NCBI GenBank assembly: GCA_040954595.2
Contig: CM082576.2
Span: 14,945,129 to 15,009,128, forward strand
DNA length: 64,000 bases
Reading direction: 5' to 3'
Origin: Balanoglossus misakiensis
Lineage: Eukaryota; Animalia; Hemichordata
Shown: positions 54,727 to 64,000 of the stretch, one piece after another
How positions within the stretch are numbered: the stretch's first letter is position 1
Layout of the letters: every line of letters starts with the position of its first letter
Made by a program: the position numbers and the translations under genes
The notes under the pieces: model-generated
The model's input: only the letters and a program-made list of their open reading frames with translations
What the model was told of the DNA's origin: nothing
The model's database searches: none

Positions 54727-55889
54727 GGGACCGTTCAGTTTTTACGGCAGGGGGGGGCCGGCAAGTTTGTGTCATCGGTTCTCAAAATCAGGCCGACCCC
54801 CCCTTCACCCAGGACCAAAAAATGATGACCCCCCTTTGACAGACCCAAAAATATGATGACCCCCCCCCCCCCACGCCGAAAACATTCGCCGTCCTGATCC
54901 TATGTACACTGTATGCCATAAAGGGAATGAGGCTCCTGACACCCCAATTATAAATTTCTTAAAGTATTATTGAAGTATATAATAGTACATCGTTGCAATA
55001 AAGAAATCTATGAACAAAATAAAATGACAAGTCAATACAATAGTTGCTAGAATCGGTAAAACAAGGAAAGTGCCGGGGGTGGGTGTGGGAGGGGGTGGCC
55101 CCCTCCCACATAAGAAAATTTTGTAAAATACGGTGCTCAAAGTTGCAATTTAATGAACTCAAAAGCAAATTAACACAATGTTATGTAGGACAAATTTTAA
55201 TTTTGCCACTCCACTAAGTAAGCATCGGGGTGGGGTGGCAAGAAGTCTTCCCTGGTAAAGTAGACAAACCAGTGAAGAAATGCAATGTGGCGAAGAATGG
55301 AGGGGGTGGGTGTGGTATCCCCCTCCCACGTAAGAAAATTTTGTAAAATATGTAGCGCAAAGTTACATTTTAATGAACTCAAAAGCAAATTATCTCAATG
55401 TTTGGGAGGACCAATTTTACTTTTTGCCACTCCACTCAAAGTTAGAAGATTTGGCGTCATCTTCGTCATGACATCATTTATAAAACTTCTAGTATATAGA
55501 AGATGCAGCGCGAAACTATCAGTTATGCAAAATGGTTTAAACAATTAGTCTCCTTTATGTATTCACTTTGTTAAATATTATCATCGGTGGGGTAAGCGGT
55601 TGGGGTGGCAAGCACTCTGCCCTGGTACAAAAAATGAAATGTGGCGGAGAATGTAGGGGGTGGGTGTGGGAGGGGGTGTCCCCCTCCCACATTAGAAAAT
55701 TTTGTAAAATAAAGGGCGCGAAACTGCAATTTTGTGGACTCAAAAGCAAAAGTTCGGTGGCAAAAGTATGTGACCCCCCCCTAAACGTTTAAAAAAAACA
55801 GATGACCCCCCCCTTGTGGACTTCAAAATTTAAGTGACCCCCCCCTGGATTTTGCCGGCCCCCCCCGGCCGTAAAAACTGAACGGTCCC
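54727..55889. mobile_element. PIF/Harbinger-like non-autonomous element with internal tandem repeats
   Basis: TAA-gggaccgttcagtttttacggc ... gccgtaaaaactgaacggtccc-TAA. Three internal repeats of gggtgtgggagggggtg.cccctcccac..agaaaattttgtaaaat at ~55075, 55300 and 55655; related sequence at ~24541-24925. Confidence 0.8.
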
Positions 55890-56632
55890 TAAAGTGATTT
55901 CATTGCTATATGTGTTTAGTATTTCAGGAGAGAGCTGCAGCCGAGGATGTCACAGATATCGTTTATAAAGTGTGTACATGGGTTATTCTCTGTAATGAAA
56001 TAAGTGAGATGCTGTAACTTTGAAATGCATGGATGGTAACAGTACGAACAAAACACTGTGCATAGCAGAGGCTATTATTGACGAATTTTTGGTATTGAAC
56101 ACTCTTTGCGAACACGTGTTCACCATTGGTAATAAAAATTAGGGTCATCGTGCAAAAGTTTGAATGCAAGAGTAAAAATGCCTCAGTTGTAAAATTCATT
56201 ATCACATACATAGCCCCACTTATTATATTCATAGACCCGGAAATTACCTGTAATCTCTGTATTAACTCTGATTTTTTTTTAAAAACAAAACCCCTTTACC
56301 CTTTGTTTTCAAGAAGACACATCAAACACTTTAATAAAGAGAGGAATTATAAGGATTGGAGAACCATCATTTTTCTCAAAACCAGTCCCAGGGGCGAAAA
56401 GGGTATACGCGGCCACATTTGCAAATAATCACTGTTACCATGGAAATTCATGGAGAGCCAATCACAATTTTCAGTGGGTGGCACACGAAATTTAGGTGCA
56501 CCACCACATGGTCATTCCAACACTTAGACACGTCCCTATGTCCATATATAGGCATGTGTGAAATAAAAGTGACCATTATTGGTGAATGGTTGGTGGCGCG
56601 CTTACAAACCATTGACCTTTTGATTAAATATA

Positions 56633-57691
56633 TGATTGTCACCGATATCATAGACAGTTCACCCAGCACACTGGCACTCAGTATCGTAACACAGTCACAC
56701 TCTACTGCGATCGTAAGTACGTTTTAGTAGTACTATATCTAATATATTATCCGAAGAAAGCTTCTTGTCTACAACGGCAACGAACACACAAACACAATCA
56801 ATACATGAAAATGTAAATGCTACATGCTAGTTTTTGTTGTACATTGTAGTAGGTCTACCCAAATCAGAAATTTATAAATGCACTGCTCACTACAATCTGA
56901 TTAAAATCAGATGTAGATAGGGAACGGCGACGTGGATTTTTTATGCTGTCCTGAGGCGACAGCATAAAAAATCCACGTCGCCGTTCCCTACATCTGATTT
57001 TAATCAGATTGTGCTCACTATAAATCAATGATAAAAGTAAAAAAAAAAAACGACAGCAGTTATGAATACCAACATGGAATAGGAACGATCAGACAGTGTT
57101 GGTGTTTTAGAATAAAATTCTCCTCTTTGTGAGCGAAAACTCCAAGTGTGGCCGTAACTTGTATGAGGAAAACTAAAAGTGTTAAAGAAACTTTACGCTC
57201 GTCAGTGAAAACGAAAGCTCTTGTGTAGAACGGGAAGGCTGATGCAAACACCAGACGTTGAGGTCATAGGATGATTGTCACCGATATCATAAACAGTTCA
57301 CCCAGCACACTGGCACTCAGTATCGTAACACAGTCACACTCCACTGCGATCGTAAGTACGTTTTAGTAGTACTATATCTAATAATTTATCCGAAGAAAGC
57401 TTCTTGTCTACAACGGCAACGACCACAAACATACATGAAATGTAAATGCTACATGCTAGTTTTTGTAGTAGCAGGGCGAATATAATCAGAAAATAATAAT
57501 GCATTGCACACTATAAATCAATGATAATGTAAAAAACGATAGTTATGAATACCAACATGGAATAGGAACGATCAGTGTTGGTGTTTTAGAAAAAAATTCA
57601 CATGGCTGTAACTTGTGTGGGGAAAACTAAAAGTGGTATTAATAAAAGAAACTTGACGCACGTCAGTGAAAACGAAAGCTCTTGTGTAGAA
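56633..57691. repeat. Two-unit tandem duplication (~56633-57230 and ~57272-57691)
   Basis: Both units start tgattgtcaccgatatcata.acagttcacccagcacactggcac and end gaaaacgaaagctcttgtgtagaa. Confidence 0.85.
56893..57011. mobile_element. 119-bp near-perfect hairpin MITE with 9-bp TSD
   Basis: TGCTCACTA-caatctgattaaaatcagatgtag ... ctacatctgattttaatcagattg-TGCTCACTA. Confidence 0.85.
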
Positions 57692-58482
57692 TATTGCAAC
57701 AATAGGAAATGTGATCCTCTTCAGCTGCGAGTTTGTTGAAGGCGAGCATTCAAGTATTTGATTAATGATGTATTCTAGGTACCACAGAAAGGCCAGCGAG
57801 AGCAATTTTGTCCCTTTCAATACAATATTTGCTCTCTAGCTTGTGATCACCGATGCTTAATAGTGACCAGCTGCCTTTTCTTGCGTGGGCGGGGGGGGGG
57901 GGGGGGGGGGGGGGGGGAATTTCAGAGAATTATGACGTCATGCCGATTTTGATAATTATTTGCGGGATATGTGAACTATTTACATATTAAACAGAAAGTG
58001 AATTATCAAGAAAGAACACTACCGATATTATTCCGATATATTAGTGTTTCAGAGGGTGGTCTGGTGGGGCCTTGCTCTTTCCTGCTGCAAAAGGTATTTG
58101 ATTGTAAAGAACAATGTATTGAACTTCATTGGGAAATGGAGAGTGGTTGACCTACTTTTTTATCAGTCAAAATGTCAACAAATGACAATACTCAGAAAAG
58201 AAATGGGCAAAATGGGGATGGTTTGGAAGGGGCTTTATACAGATATGACCCAAATCCATTGTTTCCTATGCTAAAGTTGGACCTCTATAGAGGGAACTGT
58301 GGGTAAAAGGGTTAATTGGTATTCATGCATATATAAAATTAAAGAACATTTCAAGAAATTCCTTACATTAAATACACAAAGGATAGGTCCAATGAGGGAG
58401 TGTGATTTAACTTAATACTATACAAAAATTTTAATATTGAATGTTTTCTCCAATTTTTCAGAACTATTGAAATCAATCAACT

Positions 58483-61400
58483 ATGCCAAGAGGTCAAAGT
58501 GGCAGAAGAAGACAAAAGTCTGATGATCTTGTACGTCAAGAGTCACAAATTCTGGATTGCACAAACGAAAGCACTCAAAACGACTTTCTAATTGCACTTG
58601 CATTATCTGAAGAGTCCAGTCGAGGATGTGGTAGAAAGCGACAGGGGTATGGTGGCGTTTCTTTCAGTGGAGATTCTGGCTACTCATGCACCAGTGACAT
58701 ACAATCAGAGATTTCTGCCACTGAGAGAGTAATGAATAGTATAGAGAGAGGTGGCCTTGACGTACCACACAGAGCAGGATACGCTCGACATGTGCCAAAG
58801 TCTAATCGAGGTGATAAGAAAGGAGAGATAGCTAATGGTGGACATGTAAACACACAAGATGATTTTCGAATTGCGCTTGCATTATCTGAAGAGTACAGTC
58901 GAGGATATGATGGAAAGCGTCGGGGATCTGGTAGAAAATCTCGTGGTCGTGGCCGTGGAAGAGGTCTTCAGGTTATCTCTGTTCAATCGGATGACGACGT
59001 TTCCGCTCCTGGAGATTCTGTTCAATCAGAAGATGGAAGTGTCTCCGTTGAAGATCTTCTTGAAGATGCTCGGCGCAGAGGAGCCAGACCAAAAACTTCT
59101 CGTAAGTCTAAGGCACCAGAGATGAAGGAATTAGGGAGGACCCGTGAAGACACTTCCTTTAGTGGAGATGATATTGGATTGAGCTGTGAAAGCCATACAA
59201 CCAGTGTAGCCAGATCACCATCAACAAATGCAGCCAGACCACCATCAACCAGTGCAGCCAAATCACCATCAGCCAGTGCAGTCAGACCACCATCAACCAG
59301 TGTAACCAGACCACCATCAGCCAGTGCAGTCAGACCACCATCAACCAGTGCAGCCAGACCACCATCAACTAAAACTGAGCGAAGACCTAGCACACAAGGA
59401 AGAAGTAAAGATACAGCAGACCTTCCCGACTCATCAGCTGCTTATAGTCAGAAGCTTATGGAGATATACAACGAAAAAGTGGCTATCCCACAATGTGAAT
59501 CAGCAGAAACAACGCGGATGGTGACGCCACTTGCAGAAAAGGTGTTATCTCTTGCAAAGCAGCATGTCTGTTTCAAGAGAATGAAGATTTTGAACACGGG
59601 TAGCCATTTTGAACACTTGAAGGTATTATAAATAACAGACACTGGGAAGTACTACTGATGTACAGTAAAACCTGTCTATACTGAACCCTGTCTAATCTGG
59701 AAACCTGTCTATCCTGAACACATTTTCCAGTCCCTTTCAAATCGAACCACATGTTAAAGGAACCGCTATAAACAGGACACCTCTGCAAACCGAACAATTT
59801 CTTCAGTCCCTTTTGGTGTTCGGTTTAGACAGGTTTTACTGTATGTGAAATGAAACATGCCGTATGTGTATCTGCATATTTTAGTATGTTGATGCTCATA
59901 CCAGTGGGAGTTTAAAATGAAAAAGTCTTTCTCTGTGAAATATGCTTAAAGCTCCAATACTAGCCGCTGCTGTTGAAAAGAATAGTTTGATGATTTTAAT
60001 GAAATTTAGAAGGGTCCATTTAAATGAACAAACTTATGGGTATACACAAACATATTACAAACTTTTGATTGAGGCTGTACATAATAAACAGGTGCCACAC
60101 CAATTTATTCACCTGCCCATGTCAAGAGTATCGGGTACACATGCAACTATTGTGATATGTACAAACGGGTACTATAGTCTTCGTCAATTCAAAAAGGTAT
60201 CGAAGTTGAAGTATTTTATCGATTAAAATATCAAGCTTATAGTGGCAGCTGTTGGAGCTTTAATAGCTGATTGTACTACTGAGCGAAACTCCTTTGTACT
60301 TATGCTATAGGTTGGCAAAGCAGATGAAATTGACATCATGTTCTGTCTGAGTGGTGTGCCTGGCCAGTATGAGAAGCTGAACGATCCACCAGACTGCAGA
60401 TGCTTCATGCGTGTAAAGGTTGACGAGTCTTGTGATGAATGGAGGGAATACTGTACCCAGGATGGGTATCTGTCAACAAAACTCCTTCGGGAAGACTTTG
60501 AAACTATTGTAGCTCGAGCAATCAAGGAATACAAGGCACCAGGTCAGTACAACTTACATGAGTAAAGTGTGTTCAAATTGTGATTAAATTTGCATTTTTT
60601 TTAATTTTGGGAGGAAATTTTTGCCATTTTTGTGGTCCCATTGTTGTGACATTTCGTAGCAAAGTTCCTAGGGGTAACCTTATTCTCATTTGTTAAAATA
60701 GTGGCAAAAATGTCTACCAAATTACATTCCTCATTTACGCATATAATCCTCTTTCTAATCCCTTTCAAATAGGAGCACAGTGTCCATGGTGCTATGTTCA
60801 TGAATATTGAACGAACTGCCCACACAAACCTCACCTTGCATGGAGTTGGCTCAGAACTCAATTCAGAAACATTTACTTTTGTTTATTTCATATCAGATTT
60901 TCGTATCTGCAAAGAAGACTCTGATTCGGAGATATGTCCGGCAACAAAGCTGATATTTTATAAAAAGAGAGGCAGAAAGCCCCTGCTGGATGTGGATTTT
61001 GTGATCGCCATTGAAGTCAACCGAAGAAATTGGATGGAAGGGTACAGTCAATGGAATTTATCACCCTGGTATTCACAAGATGAAGAAGAGAAGTTGAAGC
61101 AGAATTCATTCCATCTGGTCACCAAGATGCCACCTACAGGTAGAATGAACAATTAAAGCACACCTTTTTTGTGACCAGTTTAGACATTTTCAGCTATTAA
61201 AATCAAGACATCCATTTGAAACTACATTGTGGTATAAAATGCATTTGGTTCAGTATATCAGTACTTTAAAGGGACAAAGTTTCTCTCGCGGCCCTTTATT
61301 CCATTAAATATGTTTGGTACAAGACAACTTGCTTATCTATTTTACATGTGGATATATAGTGAATGAACGTTCGACCACACACAACTTCCATCCTGTTTGT

Positions 61401-62166
61401 AGGATATGAGAGTAAAAATCTCGCCCAAAATGAATAAACGATAAAGACCGATTATTCATTTTTGTGAGTTTTTCGCTCTCGTGTCTACAAGTGGGATGGA
61501 AGTTGTGTGTGGTCGAATGTTGATTCACTTTATATCCACGTGTAGAATAACATAAACAGTGTCTTGTATCAAACATATGGAAAAAGGGCAGCGAGAGAGA
61601 GAGACTTTGTCCCTTTAATCACTGATGTGTATACTCTGAACATTGTTTTTTATCTCATCAAAACAGGACATGGGCTTGCTGGACTTGAGGCCGAGAGCAT
61701 GTGGAGGATATCGTACTCACTACTTGAAAAGAAAATCCTGTACTCTGCCGACTCCAGATCGCGACAGTTGGACGGCGCCACAGAAGACTACAGCAATAAA
61801 ACTTGCCGCAAAGCGTGTCTCCGTCTCCTAAAGTTGCTGCGCGAAAACTTGAGAGAGAAGTCCCGTATGGCACAGAGGTATTACGAGAGCTTCCCGTCGT
61901 ATTTCCTGAAGACGGCGCTCTTGCATAACATGCAGAGTTCCAGGTACAGATCGGAGGAATGGACCAGAGATCTTCTGTACGATCGGTTGGTGGAGCTGCT
62001 GGGCTACGTTGTGTACTGCATCAAGAAACGCGATCTGCGCCATTTCTTTCTGCGCGATCACAACCTGATGGTTGGACTTGATGCCGTCACCTGTGAGGCC
62101 TTGGTGAAGCGATATCAAAGAGTTCTAGATTTACTGAAGGAGAACAAACTTGAGAAGATCTTTTAG
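58483..62166 (+). CDS. cGAS-like receptor (cGLR; Mab-21 nucleotidyltransferase), ~704 aa, with long disordered N-terminus
   Basis: Exons 58483-59622, 60311-60542, 60897-61139 and 61667-62166 join in frame (2115 nt). It has the NTase motif NTGSHFEHLK|VGKADEIDIMF (cGAS GSYYEHVKI..PNEFDVMF), a third acidic residue in LLDVDFVIAIE, and the Mab21 C-lobe motifs WRISYSLLEK, CRKACLRLLKLL, FPSYFLKTALLH and LRHFFLRDHNL. A splice acceptor at 58460-58461 implies an upstream non-coding exon. Confidence 0.92.
59199..59370 (+). repeat. Coding 24-bp minisatellite (8-aa unit ~ARPPSTSA x7) in cGLR exon
   Basis: Units resemble accagtgcagccagaccaccatca and are in frame. Confidence 0.9.
61270..61614. mobile_element. 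Kolobok-like MITE family A copy in cGLR intron 3
   Basis: TTAA-agggacaaagt ... actttgtccct-TTAA. Confidence 0.8.
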
Positions 62167-64000
62167 ACGGTCATGGTTAAAGCGATCATGATGTTGACTG
62201 AACATGTTTGCAAAGGACTGGATAGTATTTCTTTGGGGGCACCGTCAGACAAAGATCCATCACTTGGTGGCATTGTCAGATCACTGGCACCCTCAAAGAA
62301 TATATACTTTGATTCAAACAAGTGGGTGGACATAAATGGGAACATTGGTCCCATAGATGTGTACTGGCTAGTTTGACTGTTGTCACTGCTTTTGAGGTTT
62401 CAAGTTTTACACTGAAAAGTTTTACGCAGCAGTCATTAAAGCGATTGTGCCTTTAAACCTGTCAGAATGGCAAGGTTACCCAATTTTGATATACATGTAT
62501 GTCACAAGACTGAAAGATTCTGTCATGTGAAAGCACTCGGTGACATCCAACCATAACAAGACGCAGTGTAGCACGCCTGTTCTCCAACAAGACATTGTTT
62601 CATGGAACCAATCAGATTGCATGATTTGGTGCCACAGTGCCCACACAGTTATCAATTTCTTTGCCAGATGTGAAATTTTCATCTGAAGAAATAAAACTCA
62701 ACATGACAGAATCTTTCAAGATATCTTTTCATAAAATAAACAAGTCACTGACGCTGTACTTCCAGACTAACAGTACTAAACTGCTGTCCAACTCTCTTTG
62801 TAGAATAAATCTACAATAATTCCACGGCACTATACCTCCATGTCTAATTGGTACATGTAGTAACAATTCCTCTCTTTATTCATGATGGCTGCAAGCAATC
62901 AGAGGAAGATTACACATAGTGTAAATAAAGATACCTTTTTTCCTGAAATTCCTTACACAACAAAGACAATGATGCAGTCTTTAAAAGCATCCTCATTAGT
63001 ATATGATTACAAGCAATAAAACACACTTGAAAGCTAAAAATGCAACGTGCAGAAAATTGAAAATGTTATGACCCTACAAACGTTTAGCCTAGTAAAAAGA
63101 ACAAGTTGCAGACTGTGTATCGTGTACACACATAAAATGATAATGGCTGCTATTAAAAACTAATACACAGTATCAGTTTTGACGTTGCTATAGAAACTGC
63201 AGTGAAAATGTACATTGAAAAACTTCGATAGTATTAACCGCAATGCACTAAGCTTAACATCATTTGTCATTGTAGCTTGAATGAGATTTGATGACACAAA
63301 TTTGGGAATAATAAATGTTTCAGGTCCATGCAGGTAGCCATCAAATTTTGCGTGATATTGAACACACAGTTCAACAGAAGTGCTCTACTGGACATTGAGT
63401 GAAGGGTTTTCATTCGTAATTTACATCGCCATCTCTCTTCATATTTCTTGTAATAATGGAAATATTCTTAAAATATTTTTTTTAATTAAAAAATTAAGTA
63501 CTTTTATGGAATTTATGTTGGAAAAGCATGTGGTAAAAATATTATAGACCGAACATGTGAATTTATGTGGTTCAGGCAAAGACCACAATATGACCTACTG
63601 ACATTGGTCATGTGGTCTTCCACTCTTACCAAATAATTTACAATTGTTCGGTCTATAATGTACATTATTGCACATTCATCAGAATTATTGTGCTGTAATT
63701 ACACAATAGCTTCTCAATTAAAACAACATCTATTGCATTGTTACTTGCTGAATTCAAGATGATCAGTTTTCATATTGTAGGGTGTTTTCCACTTAGCATA
63801 CACATTATAGTTCAGATGACAGACGAAATTGGTGACCATGGATCAAACTGTAATTTCATGAGGAGAGAGGTCTGTACAATAATATGACCTAATAAGATAT
63901 GACATATGACAGCTTCCATTCTGTCTTGCTAGTTGATGATGGAAATTGCATTCACAATATACTGTAAAACGGGTAACTTTCGCGAGCAATAAATTTTCGC

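Noticed and set aside
59199-59370. Regular short direct repeats resembling a CRISPR array
   Set aside because: There are no unique spacers; this is an in-frame coding minisatellite in a eukaryotic exon.

Overview
AT-rich, intron-rich animal genomic DNA. It is probably from an invertebrate, plausibly marine, but the taxon cannot be fixed from the sequence. Four spliced protein genes can be reconstructed. (1) The 5' end (exons 1-3) of a phospholipase C-beta on the minus strand, running off the left edge. (2) A 3-exon PhnZ/TmpB-like HD-domain diiron oxygenase (+). (3) A complete LRPPRC of about 36 exons (-, ~28.8-53.1 kb). (4) A 4-coding-exon cGAS-like receptor (Mab21/cGLR, +) with an intact catalytic triad and a long disordered N-terminus carrying two ubiquitin-interacting-motif (UIM)-like repeats. 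LRPPRC introns host at least seven H/ACA snoRNA genes: five near-identical SNORA70/U70-like copies and two copies of a second family bracketed by mini-MITEs. The window is dense in non-autonomous DNA transposons of Kolobok-, pogo/Tigger-, piggyBac-, Harbinger- and AcademH/MULE-like types. Two of these are inserted 3 bp apart just upstream of the LRPPRC start codon. Most ORFs in the supplied track are spurious. All homology calls come from motif recognition and recall of reference sequences, not from database searches.
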